Part shown: positions 12,791-27,365 of the stretch, one piece after another
Position numbering within the stretch: the stretch's first letter is position 1
Layout of the letters: each line of letters starts with the position of its first letter
Source: Octopus vulgaris
Taxonomy: Eukaryota
Length of the DNA stretch: 64,000 nucleotides
NCBI GenBank assembly: GCA_951406725.2
Contig: OX597825.1
Coordinates: forward strand, 50,902,001-50,966,000
Reading direction: 5' to 3'
Program-made: the position numbers and the translations under genes
Notes under the pieces: generated by a model
What the model was told of the DNA's origin: nothing
Seen by the model: only the letters and a program-made list of their open reading frames with translations
The model's database searches: none

Positions 12791-14919
12791 TATATCTATG
12801 ACGTATTTATTTTAATTTGCAGTGGAATTAAGGAACATTTCTAAAACTCTATTAACAAATGAAACCTTAAAGACGCTAAATATTTGATCATCGCGAAGAT
12901 AAGTTTTACCCTCTAGCTAGAAAGTACTTTGAATCTTAATATTTGGTGGCCATATACAAAGAGCAAATGAGACACACATTACAGTGTTGCATACACACAA
13001 ACACACACACACACGCGCGCGCACACATATGCAAACACACACACAATAAACATTTTTCAGTTAGTTCTTCCTCCACCGAGCAGCTCATTAGAATGACGAC
13101 CCTCAACTTATTTTTTCACATTATCAATCTCACCAGTTTACACGGAATGCAGAGATCGGGGTGCTGTCTTTCCGTCTGCAACTATATACTGACAATTAGC
13201 ACACGGCATAAATAAGTACAAGACACAACTATACGATATGACTGAGACTTTCAGCTACTCACACACGTCTTTTACTGAGGCGTTCAGTTCAGATCATTCT
13301 TCCACGAATGATGCAGTGCAAAAGATTCGGTTGCATTCATTTATAATGAAACTCAACAGCTGAAAAGAGGTGAAATCTCATCTGGCTATCAACCAAAAGG
13401 CCAAGGTTTCATGTTCTACTACCACTGATATAGCTCAGTCCATGATTAAATGAAATTTGTCTGAAATGTATGACATAGTTTATAAATAATTGTGGGATAT
13501 GTTAATGTTCTGTAGGTAATAGAGACACTGTATTATAAGTGAAAGTTTTCTTATCTGAGAAGAGATGTTATATTAATATTCATATTATGAGTATCATAAT
13601 TTTAAAACTCATGTGCCATTAATGAGAGTTATCTATACGTGTCGAAGTCATATGCTCAGGAGTATTACATAGCGAAGGAAGTACTCAACCAGTCTACCTA
13701 CCCATTGACACAGTATCTGAAGCCAAAATATTCAGTGCTTCTTATAACGAAACAGCATGATATATACTTGAATTCTTAATGTTTTGTTTTGATTGTATGG
13801 CTTCATATTGATTAGATGCAACTATATCGATAGGATTTTTAATACTGCATTGATTGTGATTTTAATTCGATTATTTCTTTTAGAGAAAGGAAAATGGAAA
13901 GCAATCAGATATTCCAGGCGTTTTCAGAAAACACCATGAAAGGGAGCCAACAGTAAACTGAAACAGTATTTTAGGTTCGACTTAAGACTCGAAAAGCACT
14001 TAAACTCCTCGACGTTCTTCCTTATATAGTGTGTCGTAATAAAAGAAGTAGCAGTCATGTGTTGGTATCAATTCGATTAATTATAACTTAAGAATATTTA
14101 TACAATGGTTAATTTCGTATATGACTTATTGTCGGAAATCAATATCTAAACCTGACATTTCATTATTACAAAATTTTTGTAAGATATGATCAAAGCCATT
14201 CTAGCTATGACCATCTCATGTTTTTAAAGTTCTCTAGGACTACAGTACTGAACATGTCCTTCCTGGTTTAGATAGTGAATTTTGGCAAAGATTATAGCTC
14301 GTCACTACGTCTTGTAGGTAGAGTGACTACTGTGAGGCTCTTTCATAGCCTAACGGTTATTATACAGTATATAAGTAATTGTCTAATGATCTATCTGTTA
14401 GGAACATGATTTATTAACCCGAGACATTTTGAATCAAGGTTATCAAGATGAACTTACATTTTTTTCATTATTTTTCAAATCGAACGTTAAACATTATTCA
14501 TGGAATGCTCTTCCTATCTCTTTTGTTTGTGGATATGTTCTTTAAGTTACAATATATAAGAAACATGGAGCGGGGAGAGCCTTGATAAAATTAAGTCTAA
14601 TTTAACTTGACTCACGTCTGATAAATTAATTACCGCGCCTAAAAGCAGATGAAAGAAGGCTAATATAATAAAAACATGTTTGTGTACTACACTCAATGTT
14701 AATTTCGTATGTGACTTATTAAACCTACATAACAGTGAAGATCCAAATACCAAATATTGTTAGACAGCAATTAATAGCTTGGGGAAATGACGTCCTTTCT
14801 TGAAGTACAAGTTATTTTCATAATTCGATATTCTAGGTGTCATTAGCTCTTTACCAAATGAGGTACGATCGAATGCCTAAGGTATGCATTCATTATCGTT
14901 ATCATGATAATCAGCATGA

Positions 14920-15133
14920 TCCAGCTGGATTGGTAAAATCTTTAGACCGTCAAAGAAAAGGCGTTTAGTTATTTGTTTTGTTCTTAATGTTTCGAGTTCA
15001 AATCACGTCATGGTCAAATTTTATTTACTATCCTTCGAAGGTCGATACAGTAAGTACCAGTTGAGTAATGGAGTTGATGTATTCGACTAACCCCTCTCAC
15101 GATATTTCAAGCCTTGCGCCTATACCAGAAAGG

Positions 15134-15172
<39 letters not shown>
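14920..15172 (+). mobile_element. tRNA-derived SINE (Nin/Deu-like core) with (TTA)n tail
   Basis: gagttcaaatc box B and tccttcgaaggtcgata..aagtaccag core. Same family as 19137, 25207, 39297, 47660 and 48503. Confidence 0.7.
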
Positions 15173-15175
<3 letters not shown>

Positions 15176-16027
15176 TAGTTTTATTTTTATTTTTATAGCG
15201 TGCTTTCACTTCACTACCGAGCGCAGCTCTGTGTGCCTTGGGTATGTGCTGTGATTTGTTGTGATGCTCTGATGGTTATTGTATGGAAAGTGTTCTGCGT
15301 AGGATGTGGGCAGTGCCTAGTAGTGCAATTTTCTGTATGTTATATGTGTTTGTAAGTCCTGGTGTTTTTGTTATGTATTTGTCTGAATATTTTTTTATCA
15401 TGCCTAATGCACCTACTATGATAGGAATTGTTTCTGTTTTCAGATTCCACATTCTAGTTACCTCTATTTCCAGGTCTTTGTATTTTGAGAGTTTCTCCAT
15501 TTCTTTTAGAGACACGTTGTCATCTGCCGGTATTGATACATCAATTAAAAAGCATTTTTTTCTTCATGATCTCTGACAACTATATCTGGTCTGTTGGCCT
15601 TAATTTCTCTATCTGTGTGTATCGGCATATCCCAGAGTATGGTTGCTTTCTCGTTTTCTGTGACCTTTTCTGGTGTGTGCCTATACCATCTTTTTTCTGT
15701 TGTTATTCCATAATGTTGGCATAGCTTCCAATGTATGTAGGTTCCAACTCTGTCATGTCTGTGAATATATTCCTTCTTAGCCAGGACTGGGCAGCTAGAG
15801 ATAATATGATTTATTGTTTCTTGTCCATCTCCACATATTCTGCAGTTACTTGTAATATTTCTTTTCATTACATGTTTTTGGTAATTTCTGGTGGGGAGGC
15901 TTTGGTCTTGTGCTGCAATTAAAAATCCCTCTGTTTCTGCTTTGAGTCCTGAGCTTCTCAACCATTGCTGGGATTTTTCTTTGTCTATTTCTTTTGCGTT
16001 TAGTTTAGTCCAGTATTTACCATGTAG
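15173..16027 (-). mobile_element. R4/Dong-clade LINE, 5'-truncated, inserted in (TAA)n
   Basis: LKAETEGFLIAAQDQSLPTRNY, CRICGDGQETINHIISSC, RPDIVV, KYKDLEIE and IQKIALLGTAHILR. There is one frameshift near 15550. TTA repeats flank both sides. Confidence 0.9.
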
Positions 16028-16879
16028 GCATTATTATTATTATATGTTGAAGCAACCGGAGATCTACGTCAAGCTGCAGGGAAAGGTAATTTTTACTGGA
16101 TTATCATACATACAAAAGCAAACCAAAAGCAGGAAAAGAAAACTGACAGTCTGAACTAAAGATATACATTCATTATTTGACATAGAACAAAAGAATTTGT
16201 GTTTAGGTATTTTTACAATTCACATGTACTTTTAGAAACTGCGTTTGATATATTTACAGACAATGGAAGGTAGAGGCCCTAAATTCTACCTGTACGGTAA
16301 TAAAAACCCATCTTTTATATATATTGTGTCAAAGAACAGGAACTAATTGTACCTATATTACTTGAGATGTAACTGTACTATGTATATCTAGTTGTAAATG
16401 CATTTCTGTAAGATCAATGTATTTTCCTTTGGTACTCATGAATTTTCAGGTGGGCCGAGCAATTTATGTCAGCCACCCGAAATAAACTATTTTTATAAAA
16501 AAAAAAGTTTCAGTCAAAACTTTTAAAATAGAAGTACCGAATTTTTCCAATTAATTCTTTATCAGTAATACATTTTAGTAAACCTGATAATTCAGGTGAC
16601 ATCAAAAAATAAAACCCTAAAATCTTCTGTTTGATATTCATAAATTTATCCCATCACTTTTATCCCTTCAGTACGGAAGGAAACCAAGCTCATTAAGAGC
16701 TTTTGTTTTCATAGTTGGAAAAAACTCCAACTAAAGATGACATACCAATCGAATGCACCTATTCCCTTGTACATGATAAACATCATGAAAATGGTTTCAC
16801 TATAACATCTGCTCTCTACGCGGGATTACGAAGATACTAAGTAGAATCAGCGTAACGACTCTTTCCGTATTTTATTATT

Positions 16880-18936
16880 GACAGTTTTACGTAGGACATC
16901 AGGAGAGATCAAACTACCTAAATGTGAACGCGCAAAGTGTAATGTAGATGCTCAACGAACTCATGCTCTTTTTTAATCATAAAGATAGATATCAAATGAC
17001 ATGGCTTCAACGAGAAGATGCAAAAATGACCCCACTTATTTTGCTATACATACGGCGAGTTCACATTGAAAGCCAACAGGAAAACCAATATCTGACTTTT
17101 ACAAGAAAGCCTATCGTGCTTACTTCCACGTCAAGCTTGGTGATCAGGACAAATCATGGGCCCCTCACAATGTTTGCAAGACATGTTTGGAACACGAGAC
17201 AGTGGACTTCAGGTACCCGAAAATCACTGAGATTCGCTATTGCTATGATCTGGCGTGAGCCAAAGAACAACTCTGACGAATGTTACTTCTGCTCAGTCAG
17301 TGTTTCGGGACTATCCCAGTCTTCATTCTGCTATTCGACCAGTACTGCATTCATATGATTTGCCAATCCCAATTTTTCACGAAAATCTGTTGGAACTTGT
17401 TGAAAGTGACGAGTCTGATTCTGATGTAAATGAGAGACACAGCGAAAATGAACCTGATTATGTTCCCGAAATCGTGCCAGAGTTGTTTAACCAAAATGAG
17501 CTGAATGATTTGGTTCGAGACTTAAATCTAAGCAAAGAATTAGCAGAACTTTCGGCTTCTAGGCTCAGCGAAAAACATCTGTTAGCAAAAGGTACAAAGG
17601 TAACAGTCTATCGAAATAGGGATGCCGAATTTGTAACATTCTTTATTGAGAATACGGATCTTGTTCATTGCAATGACGTTGAGAGCGTTCTTCTTCGACT
17701 AGACATACACAGATACGATCCTGATGAATGGAGATTGTTCATTGATAGTTCAAAACATTGTTTGAAATGTATTTTGCTCCATAATACCAACATGTATGCG
17801 CCAATACCTATAGGTCATTCAACAACACTGAAAAAAAACATGATGCCATCAAACAGGTTATGGAACAGATTGACTACACCAAACACAAATGGATGTTATG
17901 TGTCAATTTGAAAATGGTGAATTTCTTGTTTGGTCAACAAAGTGACTACTCGAAATTCCCATATTAGGTCGGAAAGACAAAAATAATCTTCCCTCTCTCA
18001 CATGTCAAATTGGGATTAATGAAACAGTATGTAAAATCACTCGACAAAGAAAGTAAATGTTTTGAGTATATATGTAAATCATTTCCAGGACTTAGCACCA
18101 AAAAACTCAAAGCAGTTGTGCTTCATGGTCCTGATATCGGGAAACTCATTAAGGATGATGAATTTGCTAATTCAATAAATGACTTGGAATTACGCGCTTG
18201 GATATCGTTTGTTGGTGTGGTGAAAGTCTTCTTAGGCAATCACCGGACCAAAAACTACAAGGTGTTAGTGAAAAAGCTGTTGAAAAGTCTACAGGACATA
18301 GGCGCAAATATGAGTATTAAGGCTCATTTTTTTACATAGCCATCTAGATAAATTTCCCGATAATTGCGTGATGAGCAAGGAAAACGATTCCATCAGGATA
18401 TCAAAACAATGGAAGAGCGCTACAAGGGACGGTTGGACAAACGAATCATGGCTGACTACTGCTGGAGTATCAAAAGGGACTTAACTAACATTGAATGCGA
18501 CAGACAATCAAGAAAGAGAACATTTTTACTATTGTTCTTATGTTCACGAAGGTTTTATTTCTGCTGTTAGTTTATTTAATGATTTGCTGAAAATACTTAT
18601 TGGTCTTGGTATATTCAATCGTGTTATTTTTAAAGAAATGTTATTGCAAAAATAGTATTTCTCAATAAGCAGAGCAATAAATGTTGGTTTAAATACGAAT
18701 TGAGAGGTTTCTACGATTTCACTTTGAGAAACATTGCCATCGATCAATATCAAATATACAGGGGAAAAAATTTTTAAAATGCTTTGTTTTTCAAAAATGA
18801 GGCATTTCTGTATAGCAAGGACGGTAGCTAACCAAGAAAAATTAAGGTCATTTTCAGATTCAGCGCCCTCAAATTAACCAAAATCGATGTTTGGTGTCTC
18901 GACACCATTTCATATATATATATTGGCTGACCAGTG
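16880..18936 (+). mobile_element. Chapaev3-like (CMC superfamily) DNA transposon with pseudogenised transposase
   Basis: ATG at 17001. Motifs include LGDQDKSWAPHNVCKTC, WREPKNNSDECYFC, NELNDLVRDLNLSKE, WRLFIDSSK, LHVKLGLMKQYVK, RFHQDIKTMEERY and MADYCW. The right end is ...CAGTG at 18936. No left TIR was found. Confidence 0.75.
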
Positions 18937-19136
18937 ATATTTCTCATAAAATATGAGGTAACACAATTAGCTGATAGGATATGGTATTTTTGCAAAGGAA
19001 TTTCATTGGTGTGACTAAAGAGTCTCTGTTTACGTGATTTTGGTTCTGGTGAAACATTTGAGATGTGATATTATGTAGGCACCTGAAGCTGACCTTTAAA
19101 TTGTTTCAATGGGATGATCATGACGTTAATATATTA

Positions 19137-19346
19137 TGGCAAGCGGGCAGAATCGCTAGCACGACGGGAAAATTGCTTAGCGGCATTTCATCCGTCTTTA
19201 CGTTTTGCATTCGATTTCCGCTGAGGTCACTTTGCCTTTCACCATTTCGGAGTCGATAAAATAAGCATTATTTGAGCGCTGGGGTCGATGTATTTGTCTT
19301 ACCCCAACCCTGAAATTGCTGGCCTAATGAAAAAATTTGAAACCAA
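19137..19346 (+). mobile_element. tRNA-derived SINE
   Basis: ggcagaatcgctagc box A, tttgcctttcaccatttcggagtcgataaaataag core and tttgaaacc end. Confidence 0.8.
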
Positions 19347-19651
19347 TATATGAGAACGTTTATATACAGAAGAGAGTAATGTTTGGAATGTTTTGGGTCG
19401 AAGCTCATGCTGTAGATGTGGAGATGCTTATCTATATGAAGTTTCTATTCTTATGGTGGCTGCGTTGTGCTTCCAATAGAGTAACATTCTACTATACTGA
19501 AACATTCAGTACGACTAGGTGAAATAGAATTTGAAGAACATTCACTGCAAAACATTAGAAATACTTAATGAAGTATGGTCTGTTTAATTCTGCTAGCACC
19601 TAGCAAAGAAAAAAATATAATCCATATATTGTTGTCATTGATAGGTAAATA

Positions 19652-19668
19652 TACTACTACTACTACTG

Positions 19669-19718
<50 letters not shown>

Positions 19719-19750
19719 GATGCTGCTACTACTACTGCTACTGTTGCTGC
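19652..19750. repeat. (CTA)n microsatellite
   Basis: Direct reading. Confidence 0.95.
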
Positions 19751-22700
19751 TATATATATTTATAATAATCATTTTAATAAATTATATCCTGTGTCAGTGT
19801 GTCCCAGGGTTTTAAATGTAAACATTTACTATAAATTCGATCAATGTGGAACTTAGTATCAAAGGTAAATAATTCTTTGATGGAGTTTATTTGGTAATGT
19901 AATAAATAGAATATAATGAGAACAAAATAAAAATTATGTGAAATATGAAAGACGAAATTGTTCAGACCCATATTGAATGATTGTGCTTCAGTATAGCACT
20001 CAGATGTGATGGCCAATACAAACTAAAGTATTGAAATAACATAACAAACATTGATATATAGAATGTGCTTTATGGCTTAATTATTTCAAATTGATGACAA
20101 TAGCATATGGTAAAATAAAATGAGGTGACCCTTAATGTTTAATGGGTTTTAGAAATGGTTCAAGGAAGGACACATTTATTGAGCCAGGCTTGTATTTGTA
20201 CAATAATCAGGGGAATATGTTTCAAATAATCATCTCATGAAGTTTATACATTTTATTTGAACAAGAAGGATATATCTTACTGGAATGAGTGGTGAAACGT
20301 TCAAAGTAAACAACCCAGTGAATAGATCCAGTCTGCTTTGGAAAAGTAATGAAGCAAAGACCTCGGAAAACTATGAATGCCAGTTTGTTAGTATGTGGTA
20401 ATGTGTAGACGTGTATGTTGTAGTGTGGGTACGAGAGAAAGAAATAAGCATTAAAGGGAGACAGAGTATGAGAGAGTGTGTGAGAGTGAGTGAGAGTGTA
20501 TATGGGTGTGTCTGTGTAAGTGTGTGAGTGTGTGTATGTGTGTGTCTGTGTGAGTGTGTGTGAGTCTGTATCTGTATACGTATCAGTCTGTGATAGAACG
20601 CCTATGATTAAATTATAAAATCAATGAAGCGATATATTGATTAGATTGTCAACTGTCATGGCGTCTGACAGTTTTTAAATTAATGATTTGATCGTAGCCT
20701 ATCATATATAATTCTCATACAATAATCTTCGGTTCAGTTAACAGCCATATTTTAAAGCCAAAGTACAAGCAGTTAACTTGTGGTACAAATGTAAATTACA
20801 GCTACCTGTCGACTCAGACCCGAAAAGACTGAAGCTATCTAACACAAGGAAACCGAAATATCAAACAATGTTACGTGAAAATTCAGCATTCAAATATTGT
20901 GTACTTTTGGATGATTTTCTGAATATTATGTATATTGCACGAAGAAAACTGCAAGTACTTAAACAAATTTGTTATAGTGATGTTAAGGCATTTATTGTAG
21001 ATGTTAGTGGCGTAAGGGATTTATTGTTAGTGCAGTACCAATCAAAGCTGAGTCACATGATCAGTTACACCCAAATGATTTTATCAAGTACAATCTGTAG
21101 AAACCACCGTTTACTATTTCTCAGAATAGAAATAGTAGGACAAAATATTATCTGTATATGACACTGATCTATTACTGCTTCATATCCACCAGGAATAAGA
21201 ATCTTGATAACGAGAATTGATGGCAAGCTAACAACGATTCTTTGAAAATGACGTTAATTAGATTACTGTATATATTACATTATTCAATAGAGCCAATTTT
21301 ATATACAGGCCAGGTTTCAAAACGATATTTTGACAGCTAGATTCTCTACATCGAAGACACATGCACAAATAAATTCCCTCGTTGACTGGAAGAAAACCCA
21401 GTTCCAGGTGGTAAGTAATTAATCTGATAACTGAAACTAGCTGATGACTGGGCGAGAAAATACTCAGGGTCGCCACGGTTATGAAAACTCAAAGTCGATT
21501 TAGGGTCAGCTTATTTAATGAACTGAAGAATATAAATCTATCTAATAATGCTTGTGCGATGGACATTAACTCAATGGCTACCATTAATTAAATGTGATCA
21601 TGCCATCACCTGGCGACGACTTTGAACGTGTTTGCATATTATTATACCTCCTCAGCAAAGCCTGAATTTCTCCATATTCACCAAATTACTAATAACAGAA
21701 TATTCATGTACAGTAGTGTAGACGACTAGGCGTCAGATAATATAATAATAAATGGAATAGAAATTAACAAACCGTCGCAATTGCTATTTAGCCCCAGGTC
21801 AGTCTTGATCATTCATCAGATCTATAATCAAATATTTTCTAGTCAAAACCTTCTTGTATTATTTTTCCTGTTATAGCGTAACTTGAAGAACATTTATACA
21901 ATATACCCCACATCGAGTCTGATATAAAGGATATTTAGTCATGTAATTTCCTTATGCTGAATGCCCACAAGAAGTTATTTGATTGGAAGCTAATCAGTTG
22001 TCTAAATAATTATAGTCTTGTTGGTGTTTCAGAATATACTAGATTTTCCAATTGTAATTATTGTCCAGCTGGCGTTGTATACTAGATGGTATTACATTGA
22101 TAATTATAGTTGTTGGTATTGCTTTAATAGCAAATCTACCCATCTACGAGAGGGGCATAAAATGAGGGAGGGAAGTCGTAACAGCAGTATGTATTGAGAA
22201 ATGTGTAAATGGACTTGATAGATTACTGGGTGGTGTCTTAGAGAAATCACAATATTGTTGGTGATACAGTATTCTATTGCAGCTATATGGCGTGCTTGTG
22301 ACTAAGTGGCATGTGATGACGATTAACTCCCGAACTGAAATAGGCTCCCAGCCTCTGTATCATGATTAGTTATGTGGACCACTCCTAACGAAAGGCAGAG
22401 CTTCCTTCGACCACTACATAAAAAGTATTAAGAAAATCATGTTAATTAGATATATTTTTATTTTAGTTGTTTACACTATTTAACACTTGTTTATACTCTT
22501 ATACATTAAAAGTTCACAGATTTCCTTATTTAAATTTTGAATCATATCCTTTCGATAATATCAAAATGATTACAAAACATCTTTGTACACGATATTTTCT
22601 ATTTGGTCGACATTAATTTTCAAATTAGTGGAGTCCGTTGCTCTACTCAGAGTGACATATAACTGGCCGTGTGTAAACATCGGAGATAAAAATACACCTA

Positions 22701-23059
22701 CACCATCTAAAGTTTGACCTTGCGCTTTGTTTGCTGTGAGCGGAATCTTTAGAGTTGCAAAAAATCAAACTAGTATTTACCTCTCACTGTTCTTTGCGAA
22801 TAATGTCTGGATGTTCTGGTACCATAGGTTAAGTTGATTAACAAAACTGTGATGTAAACAACAACCGCTTCGATTAACCGTTTCGCATCCTGTTCGAGAC
22901 AGACACACTTCAATAATCACTGAATAATCATACGTCCTATATTCTAACACACACTTCTTCCACTTTATTTTCGCTATTAACCGTCCTCGCAAACCCCATT
23001 CGTATCTACGATGGGGCCACGAACTATACGATGAGAATACAGAGTTATTCGTGGTCAGT

Positions 23060-23468
23060 GAATTTGGTGGTTTAACAATTCAAAAATTGATATCCACGAA
23101 ATAATCATACTTTCTGATTTTTTTTAATGCTAAAAAACCTTCCTGATGACAGCCTTTGCAATCCTGAAATATATCGTAACTATTGATCCAGCCGTCTGGT
23201 CGTGACGAGGGAATAAACAAAGAGACGGACTGACGAACATAACGCCCATTATAGTAAGATAGCAAAAAAAACCCCAAAAGACAAAGGTGATTTATCAATA
23301 CAAAACTCAATATCCACAAAAAAATCATACTTTTTCAAAAATTTTTTCGATAAAACAATTTCTGATTATCTCCTTCGTAATCCCGAAAAACATCGTGACC
23401 ATTGGTCCAGCCGTTTGACCGTGAAGATGAAAAGGACAAACGAACATAACGCCTATCATAGCACGATA
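23060..23468 (-). mobile_element. Two tandem Helitron-like 5' terminal segments
   Basis: Diverged direct repeats (atatccac.aaa.aatcatacttt...tccagccgt.tg..cgtga...cgaacataacgcc.at.atag.a.gat), each ending in GA|T, which reads A|TC on the minus strand. Confidence 0.5.
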
Positions 23469-23564
23469 ACCATATTACAGTGGGTTTATAGTAGGTGTTA
23501 TGATAGTTATAGCTATATTATTCCAAGTAGCATCACATTGGTAATTATAGTATTTTATGTTGTA

Positions 23565-25132
23565 CTAGCATTATGACTCGGCGTTGCCGGGTCATAGTGC
23601 TAATGCATGTATATATGTGTATATATATGTGTACATATTACATGTACATCTATATATATACATCTACACATAAAATACAAAATACAAAGTTATATCTTGA
23701 TATCGCTAGTGATAACAATACTCAAAATATATAACAGACTGGAATTGTAGGCCCGTCTCTTGCAATTTCGATCAATTGTATCTTTCCTCCCTCTTGTATA
23801 GAAGTGTGGCTACAATCCAGCTTACCTCTACTATTTTTAATTTTTATCTGGGACGTCCTACGTCCCAGATATAAAGGTAAACAAAAATATTTTCACTTTG
23901 CAAGTTTCGAGTCGAGTACTCCCTTGCACGCTCCGTTGACTCGAACCTTGCTTCTATTGTGGCGAATTTACCGCCTCTGGTTAGATACTTGATAACTCTC
24001 ATAATCACACCAAGACACTTTTCAATGGTGCTTTCCTCCAGGTGTTCAAATCTTTTTTCTTCTCTACATTGTATACTTTATAGACAATAATTTTTCTTTA
24101 ATTTAATTTTTTATTTCGTTTGGTGGTGTTATCTTAGATTCATCGTCTTTGTCGGTGATCAATCCGAAATAGGCTTGTATTTCTTCTATTTTAATTTTAA
24201 TGAGTTCGCGCCCGCCGACGGCTGCAGCGAAATTCATTTTTGGACTTTCTTCTATCGAAGACATTTTAACAAAATTGCTTCCGTATAAACGGTGTAAATA
24301 TTGTCAATTTCCCCAAACAGGAACAAAATTACATCTTTAGACAATAACCAAAGCTCCTTCTCCCAAAGTGGGAGGGTTACGGTTTACAATTATTTAACAA
24401 ATGCAACACAAAGAGTAATAATAATAACAACAAACCTTACGGCGAATCAAAAAGCAGTACTCAGTTGAAGCTATATTCCTTTATGGATCAGAAATAAAGC
24501 AACAGCAGTACTCAGTAGAAGCGGCTGTTCGAGAAAACAGACATTACATATAGCCAAACTTCATATAGATACTTAATGCTAGCTAATTAGCAGATAATCT
24601 AATGTAAAAGCCGTGGTAAAGGGCATGTGCACAGTTCCATCTGGACTATTCCATTTCTGCACTTAAATTTTACTTTTTATTTATTCCCATTCATGTGAAA
24701 CCACTTATTCAATTTCAAGTCCTTGATGCAATTTTATACCAATTGCTATTTTTACTTTTAATTGTTATGTGACGATTTAATTATTATATTATACTTTAGT
24801 TTGATTTTAATTATTACTTACTACATATAATTCAATTGTCATTATTATCTCTAATTTTTATTGTTAAAATGAAAGTATCTGACATAAAATAGCGAAATGT
24901 TTTTGTTTCACTTTTAACACGTAATACTGAAATAGTGGAGAAGATATGATATTGCTATGGGGTCGCCCTAGGCAAGAAGTTGAACATTCTTTTTGCCCAT
25001 GAAACTACATGGACCCTAAGTAAGGCATATGTAAAATTTGAATGAAATTAGTTGTGTAGTTCTCAAGTTTTAGGGAAACACACAGACAGACAGACATACA
25101 GACATACATTCTCAGTTTTATATATAGAGAGA
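23565..25132 (-). mobile_element. Non-autonomous Helitron
   Basis: The minus strand begins A|TC with a (CTGT)n tract. It ends with hairpin ACCCGGC-AAC-GCCGAGT, then CTAG|T. There is no TSD. Confidence 0.8.
23740..24264 (-). pseudogene. Decayed LINE ORF1/gag-like N-terminus inside the Helitron
   Basis: MSSIEESPKMNFAAAVGGRELIKIKIEEIQAYFG...GGKFATIEARFES with stops. The ORF1 assignment is by resemblance only. Confidence 0.45.
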
Positions 25133-25206
25133 TTACAGGTATAGTTATATTGTAGAAGTGTGCTACAATACAAACTGTAGTAGGTGATATTACAATATTA
25201 AATGAG

Positions 25207-25415
25207 GAGGCGAGCTGGTAGAATCCTCAGAACACCGGGCAAAATGCTTAGCGACATTTTATCCTTTATGTTATGATTTCAAATTCCGTCGATGTTGATT
25301 TTGTCTTTCAACCTTTCGGGGTCAATAAAAAAGGTATCAGTCTAGTACAGGGATCGTTGTAATCAACTTATCCCCTCTCATGAAATTGCTGGCCTTGTAC
25401 CAGATTTGAAACCAA
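25207..25415 (+). mobile_element. tRNA-derived SINE
   Basis: ggcgagctggtagaatc...ttcaaattccg...ctttcggggtcaataaa...tttgaaacc. Confidence 0.8.
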
Positions 25416-26089
25416 TATTACAGTATTAAATATAGGCTAGTACATTGTATCACAGTGAATTAGTGGTATTACAGTAATAAATAGGAGGTGGTTTCAAAGT
25501 AATAATGATAGTATAGTAGGAGTATTGTATGTGGTATTACAGTAATAATTGATCTCAAACAGATAACAAAATTTTTCTGACGGCAGCTCACGAAACCACA
25601 CACGCACAATAGCTGAAGGTTGCTCTCGCTAGTGTTATTGAATGTATATTTATGTTCAGACATGTTTTCTCCTATTTATTCTCGTAATTACATTAATATT
25701 ATAATTACATCGAAATCTCTATTTTCCCCAGGTAACATTTATTAATTATATTTATTAACTGGTGTTTATTAATTGTTATTATTTCTCTTATTGATTGCGT
25801 CTCCTCAATCTGTCATATCCATTCACTCAGGTTCTGCTTATATTAGATTAAACTGAACTGAATTCAATATAAGCATTTGCACTGTGGAACATAAATATAA
25901 GCACATATATAGACATATAGCACACATGCATGCACGCATACATACATACACGCCTACATACATACATACACATAGATTCAAACATACCACATGTGTGTAT
26001 ATACGAAAAGAAACACACCTATCACAGATATGTGTACATATATGTATATAAGTAAACGAAAAGCATAATTTAAAGTATCTGTCTATTTG

Positions 26090-26159
<70 letters not shown>

Positions 26160-26880
26160 CACCACACCCTTGTATATATTTCTGCGTGCGCGTGGAGTTT
26201 GCGTGTATATGTGTATGCGTTTCATTTTGTATAGTATATACACTCATAACTGTTTGAAAGCGTTAGATACAAACAATTTGCATGCGTATATACATATAAA
26301 CATACAAATGTATGCTTGTATGTACATATACATATATTTAAGTCCACACACATTCATACATACATATATGCATACATAAAAACATACACATACTTAAATA
26401 CCAGTCTACCATCTTATACATAGATACATATATAAATCCATTCGTATACACGCACACATAGTTATATAAATATAAACTTAGATGCAGACGCGCTCAGTGC
26501 ACAAAGGCGTGACTCAGTACGCTGTCATATTTATTTACTATGGATCTTAGGAGCAAAAAATTAATCAAAAGTTACAGAAAAAAATCCTCAACAAAAGGGA
26601 GTAAATAACTTATTTAGTTCTTCTCTTTTCCTTTCTCTAAGCATCTCACATCTTCCGAAAATCTTACGCATTCTGAAAATTGATAAGAAAAAGTAAAGAA
26701 GAAAAGAAATAGCTATCCTTAAATTACATTATTCTAATTAATAATCAAACACTTTTTCTAACTTCTAAAAATTATATTTGCACCAAAATCAGTAGAAAAT
26801 AAAATCAGAACTGATGACGACATATTTGAATATAAAATATGAAGAGCAACGTATTGAAACCTCCATAGGTGCATATAAAT

Positions 26881-26969
<89 letters not shown>

Positions 26970-27364
26970 TATGTACATATATACGTACATAAAGATGCAT
27001 ACACACGTACGCACAATGTTATATAAGTATGTATAAATATTTATATATAATTCTATCTTTCTATATACATACATCCATCCATTCATTCATATATATATAC
27101 ATGCATGTATACGTGTGTTTATGAATAAAATTTCATTAATATTTGCATTTTATTTCAAGTTACCTTTGTTTCGAAATGGAATTATCCTTTCCTAAGTTAA
27201 TACGATTCATTTTTCTAAAACTCCAATATTATATTCATAATAAAGCTTTGCCTTTTTATTCACTTACTTCTAGTAATTCAGCAATGTTACTTTGTATTGT
27301 CTGGTTGCAAATATATATATATATTTCGTCTTAACTTGCACCAAGATTTCAATCATACATTTTA

Positions 27365-27365
<1 letters not shown>

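Noticed and set aside
20778-21480. 127-aa and 72-aa ORFs as possible host exons
   Set aside because: They have no recognisable domain or clear splice signals, and are probably a decayed repeat.
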